Assembly (NCBI GenBank): GCA_038562375.1
Contig: JBCFAY010000016.1
Coordinates: 5,516 to 69,515 of the forward strand
DNA from: Bacillota bacterium
Lineage (GTDB): Bacteria; Bacillota; Clostridia; Christensenellales; CAG-138
Direction: 5' to 3'
DNA length: 64,000 nt
Shown here: in pieces, positions 1 to 10,854 of the stretch
Layout of the letters: each line of letters starts with the position of its first letter
How positions within the stretch are numbered: position 1 is the stretch's first letter
The notes under the pieces: model-generated
The model's input: the letters and a program-made list of their open reading frames with translations, nothing else
The model's database searches: none
Told to the model about the DNA's origin: nothing
Translations under genes and position numbers: made by a program

Positions 1-185
1 ATCCGCTCCACGGCGTTGTAGCCGCGCATCAGGTCCGTTTCGCGCGTGCCGGGCGCCGCCCCGCGCACGTCCACGCCGGCCACCGCCCCGTCCCGGCACA
101 GGACGACGGTGCAGCCGGTGCGGGCCTCAAAGTCCGTCCAGTGCCCAACGCTCAGCCCATCGATATTCAGCGTCGCGGTCCTCAT
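1..185 (-). CDS. P1/DmpA (peptidase S58) family aminopeptidase, 5' part only (runs off window start)
   Basis: Not in the ORF track; my translation from ATG at 185 gives MRTATLNIDGLSVGHWTDFEARTGCTVVLCRDGAVAGVDVRGAAPGTRETDL, with the VGH..TGCTV..VDVRG.APGTRET signature of DmpA/S58 peptidases; AAGGAG RBS upstream. Confidence 0.85.
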   Translation of the reverse strand, partial: MRTATLNIDGLSVGHWTDFEARTGCTVVLCRDGAVAGVDVRGAAPGTRETDLMRGYNAVER

Positions 186-207
186 GCGTTTGCGCTCCTT
201 TGCGTCC

Positions 208-1206
208 TCATGGGTTTGCACTCCTTAAAGATACGTCGCCGGAGTCGATCGTGTGAGCGGAGCCATCCTCCGCTCTTAACAGCAAACGCCCCAACTCGTC
301 GAAGTCCTCCGCGACCCCGGTGTGCGTTTCATTCACGCCCGAGACGCAGACGCGCTGGTTCAGCGTCGACGAGAACGCGCGGTATTCTGCCAGCAAACCT
401 AAGAACCCCTCGTCCGTCTCGCACGATTCAAATACCGGCTCGAGCTCGCTGAGCAGTCTGCCGACGACCTCATAGCGTTTGTTTTCGCGCCCCGCCTGCT
501 CCCGCATCGAGGTCGCGATCGCGGCGACCTCCTCCGGGAACGCGATGTTGTTGATGTTCAGGCCGATTCCGACGACGATGTAATCGACCGATTCCATGCT
601 CGCCCCCATTTCAAGGAGGATGCCGGAAAGTTTTTTGCCTCCGCACAGCAGGTCGTTCGGCCATTTGATGAGAGCGTCGACGCCGAAGCGCTTGAGCATA
701 CGCCTGACGCCCACCGCCGCCGCTATGGTAAACCGCGGCGCGTACTTCGGCGCGATGTGCGTGCGCAGCACGATGCTGACGCACGCGCCGCGCCCGGGTT
801 CGCTGTGCCAGGCGCGCTCTCGCCTGCCGCGCCCCTGCGTCTGCGTGTCCGCGACCACGACGGCGCCGCTCGGGCAGCCCTGCGCCGCTATTTTTTTCGC
901 GACCCGATTGGTCGACTCCGTCTCGTCAAAGCAATGGAGCTTTTTGCCGAGCCAACGGGTGTCGACATGCGGCCCGATCAGTTCGGGGCTTAGGATATCG
1001 CTCAATCCGGTCAGGCGATAGCCTTTGTTCGTCACCGCATCGAACGTCATCCCCTCGCGTTCGAGGAATTTGATGTGCTTCCATACCGCCGCGCGGGTTA
1101 CGCCGAGCATTGAGCTCAACTCCTGGCCGGAAAAAAAGCGGTCCGGATCGGACATCAAAATCTCCAATATCCGCGTGCGTATAGCGTTCTGACTATTGCT
1201 GTGCAT
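208..1206 (-). CDS. birA: Bifunctional biotin--[acetyl-CoA-carboxylase] ligase / biotin repressor
   Basis: N-terminal HTH (SGQELSSMLGVTRAAVWKHI), QTQGRGRR, KWPND and KLSGIL motifs; start moved to ATG 1206 overlapping the recX end. Confidence 0.95.
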   Translation of the reverse strand: MHSNSQNAIRTRILEILMSDPDRFFSGQELSSMLGVTRAAVWKHIKFLEREGMTFDAVTNKGYRLTGLSDILSPELIGPHVDTRWLGKKLHCFDETESTNRVAKKIAAQGCPSGAVVVADTQTQGRGRRERAWHSEPGRGACVSIVLRTHIAPKYAPRFTIAAAVGVRRMLKRFGVDALIKWPNDLLCGGKKLSGILLEMGASMESVDYIVVGIGLNINNIAFPEEVAAIATSMREQAGRENKRYEVVGRLLSELEPVFESCETDEGFLGLLAEYRAFSSTLNQRVCVSGVNETHTGVAEDFDELGRLLLRAEDGSAHTIDSGDVSLRSANP

Positions 1207-1663
1207 ATACGTTTTCCCATGCCCGCTGAGCGGTCTCATATTCAAATCCCCGGGACGAGAGGCGCCTTAAAACGCGTTCCCTGCGCTCCTCGTCCTCTAA
1301 GGAAGACAACTGCCTGTTGAATTTTTCCGCGATTTGATTCGCGTTGTTTTGTTCGATTTCGTCGGTGACGGCAAGGAGCGCGCTCTCGATCGCATCGCGA
1401 TCGATCCGGTGCTCGAGAAGCTGATCGCGCAGTTTTCGCCTGCTGACGGGCTTCGTGGCAAGTCGGGAACGAATGAATTCCCCGGCGTAACGCGCGTCAT
1501 CCAAAAGGCCTAATTCTTTCAGGCGCTCGATCACCTGATAGACTTCGAACTCGCCATAATTCTGTTCGTCCAAATACAGCTCCGTTTCAAGCACCGTCCT
1601 TTGCTTTGGAGCCAAAAAATCAAGCGCCGCGTCCATGGGTGTGTTGCCTGTCTTTTTTCTCAT
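1193..1663 (-). CDS. recX: Regulatory protein RecX
   Basis: ALDFLA..RT..E, LKELGLLDDARYA and LSSRGF RecX repeat motifs; start at ATG 1663. Confidence 0.85.
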   Translation of the reverse strand: MRKKTGNTPMDAALDFLAPKQRTVLETELYLDEQNYGEFEVYQVIERLKELGLLDDARYAGEFIRSRLATKPVSRRKLRDQLLEHRIDRDAIESALLAVTDEIEQNNANQIAEKFNRQLSSLEDEERRERVLRRLSSRGFEYETAQRAWENVYAQQ

Positions 1664-1802
1664 TGTGTCCCCCAAGCAGCGTAATCTTACAAGGAATATT
1701 TTGATTATAACAGCATACGATTCCGAGCGCAAATCGCCAGCGTTTCCGTAATAATCGAGCCCTTAACGAGAGATACTAGAGAAAAAAAGGAGGTATTTCC
1801 CC

Positions 1803-2042
1803 ATGAGCCCTCAACCGTTTAACGCAAGCTCGAGCAGCGGCGACCAAAAGCCGCAAATCGGCTCGCGCGACCTTTCCATCCTGGTGGATCAGATGAATCA
1901 CGAGGCGCTGGCCTATAAGAAATGCAAGGTGTATTCCCAGTATTTCATGGATTCCTCGCTCAAGGATATCGCAAACGCCGCCGCGCAGCACCACAAGCAG
2001 CACTTCGACGCGCTTGAAAACTACCTGAGCACACACCGCTGA
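1803..2042 (+). CDS. Small spore-coat-associated protein (ferritin-like helical)
   Basis: GGAGG RBS; E..AYKKC..Y....D..LK......A..HK.H...L..YL pattern typical of small clostridial proteins paired with Coat F genes. Confidence 0.65.
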   Translation: MSPQPFNASSSSGDQKPQIGSRDLSILVDQMNHEALAYKKCKVYSQYFMDSSLKDIANAAAQHHKQHFDALENYLSTHR

Positions 2043-2056
2043 TTTAGGAGGAAACA

Positions 2057-2341
2057 ATGGATAACAACACGCCCAACATGACGGAAAAAGAGCTTCTGAC
2101 GGATCTTTTGAACCAGGAAAAACAGCTTGTAAAGGACTACGCCGGGAACATCACCGAGGCCTCGTGTATGCATCTGAGGCAGGTTCTCACCGGCAACCTC
2201 TCGGAGTGCTCGCAGGATCAGTTCCAGATTTTTGATCAGATGCGCCAGCGCAACATGTATCCGGTCAAGGACGCGCAGGATCAGGAAGTACAGACCGCGA
2301 AGCAGAACGTCACGCAGCTTAGGCAGCAGACGGGCTTCTGA
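2057..2341 (+). CDS. Spore coat protein, Coat F domain
   Basis: MTEKELLTDLL..EK....Y...ITEASC..LR...IF..M..R..YP pattern; AGGAGG RBS. Confidence 0.8.
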   Translation: MDNNTPNMTEKELLTDLLNQEKQLVKDYAGNITEASCMHLRQVLTGNLSECSQDQFQIFDQMRQRNMYPVKDAQDQEVQTAKQNVTQLRQQTGF

Positions 2342-2377
2342 GCGCACGGAGCAAAACCTTAAAACAAACGGCATCGG

Positions 2378-2415
2378 CATGCGGGGAGCAAACGCTCCCC
2401 GCATGATTGTTTTTT
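2378..2415 (+). terminator. Rho-independent terminator after the coat genes
   Basis: 12 bp perfect stem CATGCGGGGAGC-AAAC-GCTCCCCGCATG followed by a T-rich tract. Confidence 0.8.
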
Positions 2416-2448
2416 AGCACAAAACCGCCGTAAGCCGATCGTTTGCGA

Positions 2449-3327
2449 TCATTCGCCGAAGTGCTTTGAAACGGCGTCGTTGTATCCCTTGGAATTCAAA
2501 TAATCGCTCACATCCTCGGGATATCCGGGCAGGCGGGTCAGCGTGCCTTTGACGATAAAGGAGACGCCGTTGGCGTCGCTGATCTGGAAAATGACCTCGC
2601 GCTGTGTTCCCTGTTCCATCGAATCGGGTTGCACATGCACGACATAGTTCATATCCGTCAAATCGTCCTCGGCGATTTGGGAAAAATCGACCTTCACGCC
2701 CTGGGCGCCGCTCCCTTTTGCCTTGAGATAAACATCCCGCGTGACCACCTCGAAGGCGCCCCTGGCAACGGGCGTATCCCGCGTCAACGGCAGCGGTTTT
2801 CCGTCTTCGCCGGATATCGAATAATTCACCCATGCCTTATCGTCCTGTGCGCTCAGATAAATCCCGAAATTATCGCTCATCGCCTCGCCGGCCCCGGCAA
2901 AATCCAGCTCAAAGGGAACGTCCTTGAGCATATCGTCGATGAACTCATCCGCGTCCAGCTTCACATCCATCCAGAAATATCCCTGGTACGCGCCCGCCAC
3001 GGCGCGGTTGTCGTTCGCGTCGATCTTATGGAGATAGATATCGCACGAGTAGTCCGCGAAATACCCGGGCGCGAGCTCCATGCGATATTCACCCGAAGCT
3101 TGGATCACGAATATGCTCGGATCGTACAGGTCGCTCTTCTTCGGCGGCTGCGTGGACGCCGGCTCGCTGGGCACGGGCGCAGACGGTCCGCCGGGTACGC
3201 CCGAGAATCCGTCCGTGGGCGTTGGCGAAGGGCTTACCGCCGCGCCGGAACCCGCGTTTTCGTTCGCGCACGCAGAGGCGAAGATAAAGATCAGAATAAG
3301 CAAAAAGGACAGCGCTGTTTTCTTCAT
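2449..3327 (-). CDS. Lipoprotein of unknown function
   Basis: MKK + hydrophobic segment + lipobox-like ASAC, Pro/Ser/Thr linker, acidic globular domain. Confidence 0.7.
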   Translation of the reverse strand: MKKTALSFLLILIFIFASACANENAGSGAAVSPSPTPTDGFSGVPGGPSAPVPSEPASTQPPKKSDLYDPSIFVIQASGEYRMELAPGYFADYSCDIYLHKIDANDNRAVAGAYQGYFWMDVKLDADEFIDDMLKDVPFELDFAGAGEAMSDNFGIYLSAQDDKAWVNYSISGEDGKPLPLTRDTPVARGAFEVVTRDVYLKAKGSGAQGVKVDFSQIAEDDLTDMNYVVHVQPDSMEQGTQREVIFQISDANGVSFIVKGTLTRLPGYPEDVSDYLNSKGYNDAVSKHFGE

Positions 3328-3536
3328 TATTCAATCCGCTCCAAACGCAAGTATTTGGTTGACCGGTCTTGGAATAGCTGGAAATCTATGAAAAGTTTAT
3401 CTCAAAAACAAAAATTGCGCAATACAGGAGGCCATTGCCGAAAGCCGAAACATTCCGCTGGAAATTTGCTTATGCTCATAGTAAAATGAGTCGACGCCGG
3501 ATGCTTATTCCAATAAAAGGTTTTGGTGATCTTACC

Positions 3537-3746
3537 GTGAAAGCTGATCCGTCAAACAAAAAGGAATTGAAAGCGCGCTCCTGTTACGGGCATTTGGGCG
3601 GGACTTTGGGGAGCCGGCTATTTGAACAGATGCTGACCTTAGAATGGCTGGAAAAAGACGAGTCCAAATCGACCGTATACAACATAACGCCTCTTGGCAA
3701 GGAACGGCTCGCGGCTTTGGGCGTGGATATTTATGAAAAAAGGTAA
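3537..3746 (+). CDS. Small winged-helix protein resembling the C-terminal domain of long ArsR-family regulators
   Basis: ARSCYGHLGGTLG...W......Y.ITPLG motif; GTG start at 3537 with GGTGA upstream. Confidence 0.6.
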   Translation: MKADPSNKKELKARSCYGHLGGTLGSRLFEQMLTLEWLEKDESKSTVYNITPLGKERLAALGVDIYEKR

Positions 3747-3837
3747 TAGGTTCCGTTTATCTTAATCCTCGGTGCCAAATCTAAACGGATGCCGCCGGGC
3801 GTCCGTTTTTCCGGTTCATTTCGATACCATTCGGGGG

Positions 3838-4047
3838 TCATTGCCCCCATGGATGCTTTTCTTCATCGTCTACGCTTTCCAGCAATTCTTCATAGCCCCG
3901 GCGAAGCTCTTCAATTGAAAGGGGCGGCCGGTCCGTGCCCATGCACGCCGTGCAGCGGTTTGCGCAGTTCGGGCACAAACAGCCGCTTGCAAGGCCGTGC
4001 TCGCTCTGCACCATATATGTTCCACAAGCAGGACAGCCGCAGCGCAT
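3838..4047 (-). CDS. Small Cys-rich (zinc-ribbon-like) hypothetical protein
   Basis: MRCGCPACG...CLCPNCANRCTACMG; GGGGGTGG RBS before ATG 4047. Confidence 0.65.
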   Translation of the reverse strand: MRCGCPACGTYMVQSEHGLASGCLCPNCANRCTACMGTDRPPLSIEELRRGYEELLESVDDEEKHPWGQ

Positions 4048-4127
4048 TCTTCCACCCCCGGCATTCATTATAGCATCGGAGGCGATAAATATGGTATAAT
4101 TTTTAATCATGTCCTAAGGGGGCTCGT

Positions 4128-4916
4128 ATGAGGCGAATACTTGTCTGCTGCCTTACGTTGATTCTGGCGCTCTTTGCGCCGGGGTCCGCGTTCGCCGCGC
4201 CGGACGAAGTACCATCCTGGTCGCTGATCATCCAGGATACGTCGGGTGAAAACGTCGTTCGGGTTCAACTTCGCCTGCGCGAGCTTGGATATCTTAATTT
4301 TAAGCCGACAGGCAACTTCAGGGGCATGTCGGTCAGCGCGGTGCGGCAGTATCAGCAGGTGCAGCTCAAGGACGACGGCACGCCGATGATCGCAGACGGC
4401 ACCGTCGGCGAGGAAACCAGGGATCTGTTGTTTCGTCCCTCGGCGACGCGCGCGGCCATCCCCGCGAGCGTTCACATTCCTTTCGGCCCGGCCGCCGGCT
4501 CGGGCACGACGCCGGTCGCAGGAAAGCTCGTAGCCTGGAGCACGGTCAAAACGCAGCTCGTTGAGGGGATGACCTATTCCGTCACGGATTATAACACCAA
4601 CCAAAACTTTTCCGTCGTCTTCACCGGCGGGGAAAACCATGCGGAGGTCGAATGCGCGACGCCGTCGGACACCGCGACGTTTCTTTCGGTCTTCGGCGGG
4701 GAATTCAACTTCTCCAAGCGCCCCGTAACCGTGATGATCGACGGCACGCGCGTAGCCGCGTCCCTTCAAGGGCAGGCGCACGGCGCGGATACCGTCGCAG
4801 CGAACGAAATGGCGGGATATGCCTGCCTGTTTTTCGACGGCAGCCTTTCCCATGTGGGATCCCTGCCGGATACGGAGCATACCAAGCAGATCTATATCGC
4901 CTCGGGTCATTCTTGA
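4128..4916 (+). CDS. Secreted peptidoglycan-binding domain protein
   Basis: Signal peptide; V..VQ.RL.ELGYL....TG.F...S..AV..YQ...ADG.VG..T PG_binding_1 pattern; C-terminal domain of unknown function. Confidence 0.8.
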   Translation: MRRILVCCLTLILALFAPGSAFAAPDEVPSWSLIIQDTSGENVVRVQLRLRELGYLNFKPTGNFRGMSVSAVRQYQQVQLKDDGTPMIADGTVGEETRDLLFRPSATRAAIPASVHIPFGPAAGSGTTPVAGKLVAWSTVKTQLVEGMTYSVTDYNTNQNFSVVFTGGENHAEVECATPSDTATFLSVFGGEFNFSKRPVTVMIDGTRVAASLQGQAHGADTVAANEMAGYACLFFDGSLSHVGSLPDTEHTKQIYIASGHS

Positions 4917-4984
4917 TCTTAAGCGCGCGGAACGCATTAAAAAATTCAGTTTGGGTCTATAATCGGGCGCGGTCGCGCGCCCGA

Positions 4985-5722
4985 TTATTTCGCCGCTTTT
5001 CTCAGCTTTTGAATGATGCGCGTCTCAAGCCGGGAGATCTGAACCTGGGATACCCCCAGGATCTTCGCGATCTCCCCTTGCGTTTTATCCTGGAAATACC
5101 GCAGCATGATCAGCTGCCGCTCGCGCGGCTCGAGCTGCGTCAAAAGCTCCTTGAGCAGCACGCGGTTGATCAGCGTGCCCTCCTGCGTCGTCTCGGCGGA
5201 CAGTCGATCCGCCATCGAGGTATCCGTTCCGTCGTCGAACAGCGGTTCGTCTATGGACTGGCAGGGGCGCGCGGATTCGAGCGCCATCACGACCTCTTCA
5301 GGCTCCGCGTCGATCGCCTTGGCGACCTCGTGGATACCCGGCTCGCGGCCGTACTGCTTGGACAGAATCTCCTGCATCGCGGCCACTTTGGCGGACAGCT
5401 CCTTAAGCGACCGGCTGACCTTGATCATCCCGTCGTCGCGCAGGTAACGCTTGATCTCGCCCGCGATCATCGGTACGGCATAGGTGGAGAAGCGAACGTT
5501 GTAGGCCTCGTCATAGTTCTTGATGGCCTTGACCAGCCCGAGGCAGCCGATCTGAAAGATGTCGTCAAACTCCACGCCGCGTCCTAGGAACTTCTTGACG
5601 ATGGATTTGACCAACGCCGTATTGTGAACCACCAAGTACTCCTGGGCCTCAACGTCGCCATGCCTCGCCTTCCTCAGCAGCTCAAGCGTCTGCTCATGCG
5701 GCAGGGGCGAGGTATCATTCAT
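4985..5722 (-). CDS. sigF: Forespore sporulation sigma factor SigF
   Basis: DDIFQIGCLGLVKAI, FSTYAVPMIAGEIKRYLRDDG.IKVSRSLK, SQVQISRLE; third gene of the spoIIA operon. Confidence 0.95.
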   Translation of the reverse strand: MNDTSPLPHEQTLELLRKARHGDVEAQEYLVVHNTALVKSIVKKFLGRGVEFDDIFQIGCLGLVKAIKNYDEAYNVRFSTYAVPMIAGEIKRYLRDDGMIKVSRSLKELSAKVAAMQEILSKQYGREPGIHEVAKAIDAEPEEVVMALESARPCQSIDEPLFDDGTDTSMADRLSAETTQEGTLINRVLLKELLTQLEPRERQLIMLRYFQDKTQGEIAKILGVSQVQISRLETRIIQKLRKAAK

Positions 5723-6149
5723 CCGCTACCTCGCGGATGCGCTTTGTCATCCGAACGCTCGTCCCCTTGCCGAGCGTGGATTCGACCTCGAGCGTATCCA
5801 TAAACGCTTCCATCATCGTGAACCCCATGCCGGAGCGCTCCAGATTGGCTTTTGAGGTATAAAAAGGTTGCCGCGCCTGTTCCACGTCGCTCATACCCGC
5901 CCCATCGTCGCGTATGCACGCGCTGAAGACATTCCCCGATAAATAGCAATCCATAGTGACCATGCCTGGGCGGTTTTCATATCCATGGATGATCGCGTTG
6001 GTCACCGCCTCGGAGACGGCCGTCCGAATATCCGTAAGCTCCTCGATCGTCGGGTTGAGCTGCGACGCGAAAGCGCCCGCCACAATCCTCGCAAAGCTCT
6101 CGTTCTGGGAGCAGCTTAAAAAACTCACGTGCATTTCGTTATCGTACAT
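5715..6149 (-). CDS. spoIIAB: Anti-sigma F factor
   Basis: NESFARI, TAVSEAVTNAIIHGY and ERSGMGFT.ME.FMD motifs. Confidence 0.97.
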   Translation of the reverse strand: MYDNEMHVSFLSCSQNESFARIVAGAFASQLNPTIEELTDIRTAVSEAVTNAIIHGYENRPGMVTMDCYLSGNVFSACIRDDGAGMSDVEQARQPFYTSKANLERSGMGFTMMEAFMDTLEVESTLGKGTSVRMTKRIREVADE

Positions 6150-6474
6150 TCCCTTCACCCCCCACACCGCCTACGCGCTGTACGAGCGAATACAAGCCGG
6201 ACATGCGCAAAACCCTGTCCACGCTCGCGCTCGCGTTCCTGATACCGACGTTGCCGCCGCGTTCGGCCATCTTGCGATAGCGGCCTAGGATCACGCCGAG
6301 ACCGGAGCTGTCCATAAACGTCACATTCTTCATATCCAAGATCAATTCCCTGATACCGGGATCGATGAGCAATGCGTCGATTTGAGCGCGTATGATCTCC
6401 GCGCTGTGATGGTCGAGCTCGCCGCTGAGCGCCACGATAAGTGTCTGTTCTTTTCTGAAGCCATTGATCTCCAT
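6139..6474 (-). CDS. spoIIAA: Anti-sigma F factor antagonist
   Basis: STAS domain, GELDHHSA and FMDSSGLGVILGRY motifs. Confidence 0.97.
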   Translation of the reverse strand: MEINGFRKEQTLIVALSGELDHHSAEIIRAQIDALLIDPGIRELILDMKNVTFMDSSGLGVILGRYRKMAERGGNVGIRNASASVDRVLRMSGLYSLVQRVGGVGGEGNVR

Positions 6475-6507
6475 CCTTTTCCCTCCTTTTTTTGAGGACG
6501 CTTATTG

Positions 6508-6560
6508 ATTCTAGATTTGCTTACCTTTGCCTTCAATGAAAATTGTCTTGCTTTGTCGAA
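6508..6560 (-). promoter_or_regulatory. Putative SigH promoter and Spo0A box of the spoIIA operon
   Basis: Minus strand GAAGGCAAA-N12-TAGAAT (6534-6508) fits the SigH consensus RNAGGAWWW-N11/12-RMGAAT with mismatches; perfect 0A box TGTCGAA at 6554-6560 on plus. Confidence 0.65.
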
Positions 6561-6686
6561 TAACGGTTTTGTTTGTAATATGGATAGTATTTCCACAACT
6601 GATTTGAATTATTCGCATGTATTTCAATAAAAATACAATCTATCATAAGAATCGGTTTCCCCATGCATGCGGATATCCTTCCGCAA

Positions 6687-6912
6687 AAAAACCGGCTTTC
6701 GCCGGTTAATGTTTCGCAATAGGGGACTTCTCCTCTTTTGCGATTTTTATCGTGCATTCTTGTTCCCTGGTTCTTCGACCGTCGGCCCGAAAAGCGCTTC
6801 AATGTGTCAAATGTGTCATTTTTTGCACAGCATATATTGCTGCAAAAGAACGGATTGAAAGCCCGCGATAAAAAACAGCCCTGTTTACAACAAAAACCGG
6901 CTTTCGCCGGTT
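6687..6912. mobile_element. Structured repeat element, copy 1 (6708-6891), between exact 21 bp direct repeats of a terminator hairpin
   Basis: AAAAACCGGCTTTCGCCGGTT at 6687-6707 and 6892-6912; the interior aligns with 44350-44510. Confidence 0.7.
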
Positions 6913-6935
6913 CTGCTACAAATATATTTTCGGGA

Positions 6936-7391
6936 CTATAGCTCGAACTTCTCGAGCAGCACGCCCGCCATCTCGAAAATCTTGAGCGCGAACTCGTCCG
7001 GATAGCCCTGGGCATATAAGATGCGCGTGATGCCCGCGTTGACGATCATCTTCGCGCAGATCACGCAGGGCTGGTGCGTGCAGTAAAGCGTCGCCCCTTC
7101 GATGGAAACGCCGAGTTTCGCCGCTTGGATGATCGCGTTCTGCTCGGCATGGATCGCGTAGCAGATTTCCTGCATGGTTCCGGATGGGATGTTGCGCTGG
7201 CGCCTCAGGCACTCCTGCCGCTCCATACAGCTTGTGATGCCCGCGGGCGCCCCGTTATAGCCGGTCGTCACGATGCGCTTGTTGCGCACGATGACGGCGC
7301 CGACCTTGCGGTTTTCCTGAAAGCAGCTCGACCAGTTCGCAATCGAATGCGCAAGCTCCATAAAACGCCGGTCCCACTTATCAAAGGCCAT
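6936..7391 (-). CDS. dCMP deaminase (ComEB-like)
   Basis: TGYNGAP, HAEQNAI and PCVIC zinc deaminase motifs; start at ATG 7391. Confidence 0.9.
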   Translation of the reverse strand: MAFDKWDRRFMELAHSIANWSSCFQENRKVGAVIVRNKRIVTTGYNGAPAGITSCMERQECLRRQRNIPSGTMQEICYAIHAEQNAIIQAAKLGVSIEGATLYCTHQPCVICAKMIVNAGITRILYAQGYPDEFALKIFEMAGVLLEKFEL

Positions 7392-7696
7392 AGAAAACCC
7401 TCTTCTCAGAATTTGATATATTCTATCATATTCTGCCCCGTTAGGCAAAGGGAATCGGGCCGATACGGAAGAAAATGCGCGAATGCACGGCGAAAAGCGC
7501 GCCCGACGACAACGATAAGCCATACGCCGGTCCAATAAATTTTATCGGGGGCCAGAGTTCGACTTCCGGCACATGATTTATAACTGTGATTTTTACTTAT
7601 TTTACGTAAAACGGAGCAATCGGAAGATACCGAGCGATAATATTAAATTTTTCCATTAATACTGAATTTCCGCAAGGATTTCGGGAATCATAAGTG

Positions 7697-7726
7697 TTGC
7701 TACTTGGGTTAAGGGTGCTCTATGAT
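7697..7726 (+). promoter_or_regulatory. SigA-type promoter of groESL
   Basis: TTGCTA-N18-TATGAT immediately upstream of the CIRCE element. Confidence 0.6.
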
Positions 7727-7737
7727 AGGAATGTCGA

Positions 7738-7764
7738 TCAGCACTCATCGTGATCGAGTGCTAA
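7738..7764 (+). promoter_or_regulatory. CIRCE element (HrcA operator)
   Basis: TCAGCACTC-N9-GAGTGCTAA, one mismatch to TTAGCACTC-N9-GAGTGCTAA, upstream of groES. Confidence 0.95.
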
Positions 7765-7786
7765 TAATCAGGAATTAAGAACTTAA

Positions 7787-8092
<306 letters not shown>

Positions 8093-8098
8093 TTTTAG

Positions 8099-9739
<1,641 letters not shown>

Positions 9740-9761
9740 GCCGTACGCAAGTTACATCAAG

Positions 9762-9802
9762 AAGGGGCCGTCTCAGATCAAAGCTGAGACGGCCCCTTTT
9801 CT
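9762..9802 (+). terminator. groESL terminator
   Basis: 15 bp stem AAGGGGCCGTCTCAG/CTGAGACGGCCCCTT plus T tract. Confidence 0.9.
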
Positions 9803-9990
9803 CGATGGAAAGAAGTCAGACCGGAACGAATTATAGGTTCCCTTGTAACCCAAAGTTCTCACATCCAATTTATTGCAAAAACGAGCCTCGGCCTCCGACT
9901 CGGTTTTTTATAGCGCTAGCAAAGCATTCTATGTTTATAGATCAATAATTAAATAATTTAATTTTAATATTAAGTATTTCAATATTTTTA

Positions 9991-10019
9991 TTGACATTAA
10001 AAATAATAGAGTATATGAT
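9991..10019 (+). promoter_or_regulatory. SigA promoter of the DUF2089 operon
   Basis: TTGACA-N17-TATGAT preceded by a very AT-rich tract. Confidence 0.8.
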
Positions 10020-10043
10020 AAGGGCATCAAGGAGGAATACCGC

Positions 10044-10424
10044 ATGCAATACCAACCGCCATCCAAATGTCCGGTCTGCGCGGGGGAACTGCGCATCACG
10101 AAGCTGAGCTGCCCGCAGTGCAAAACCGAGCTGAGCGGGAGCTTCCCGCCGTGCAAATACTGTTCGCTGGATGAAAAGCAGCAGCTGTTTATGGAAGCGT
10201 TTCTTAAATGCAGGGGGAATATCCGGGAGGTCGAGAAGGCCCTCGGCATCTCCTACCCCACCGTCAAGGGTTTGCTGGAAGACTTGCTGAATGCTTTGTT
10301 CCCGGATGAAACGCCGGTCAAGCCGGAAGCGGAAAACGTCTCCGACGTGCTCGACAAGCTGGAAAAAAAAGAAATCACCGCAGCGGAAGCGGCAAAAATA
10401 CTCAAGCAGCTGAAGGGAGAATAA
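10044..10424 (+). CDS. DUF2089 family protein (Zn ribbon + HTH + SHOCT-like tail)
   Basis: CPVC..CPQC, F.KCRGNIREVEK.LGISYPTVK, L.KLEKKEITA.EA. Confidence 0.9.
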   Translation: MQYQPPSKCPVCAGELRITKLSCPQCKTELSGSFPPCKYCSLDEKQQLFMEAFLKCRGNIREVEKALGISYPTVKGLLEDLLNALFPDETPVKPEAENVSDVLDKLEKKEITAAEAAKILKQLKGE

Positions 10425-10428
10425 GAAA

Positions 10429-10854
10429 ATGAACGAATCAAGCAGGGCAAGAATATTGACGCTGCTCAAGGATGGAGCGATCACCGTCGAGGAAGCCGAA
10501 GAACTGCTGCGCTCTCTGGAAACGAAACAGCCGGAGCCGGAGCCCGTTGCGCTCAAGGATACCCGCGGCCGCAAGAACAAAAAGCTGCGCGTACAGGTAA
10601 ATACGGGCGAAAACGAAGGCAAGGCCAAGGTCAACATCAACGTGCCTGTCTCGCTTATCAAAACGCTGGGGCCCATCATAGCCAAGAATATGCCTGCAGA
10701 AGCACAAGCGGAAATGGATAAGGCCGGCGTTAACCTTGCGGCTATTATGGAAAGTATAGAGCAGCTTGTGGACAGCGGGCTGGAAGAGGATATCGTCGAC
10801 GTCGATGTGGGAGAAGGCGCCGATATGGCAAAGGTGCGCGTCTATGTCGAATAA
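10429..10854 (+). CDS. SHOCT-like (YvlB/LiaX N-terminal-type) domain protein
   Basis: R.RIL.LLKDG.IT.EEA.ELL N-terminus, then K.LRV.V...KVNINVP. Confidence 0.75.
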   Translation: MNESSRARILTLLKDGAITVEEAEELLRSLETKQPEPEPVALKDTRGRKNKKLRVQVNTGENEGKAKVNINVPVSLIKTLGPIIAKNMPAEAQAEMDKAGVNLAAIMESIEQLVDSGLEEDIVDVDVGEGADMAKVRVYVE

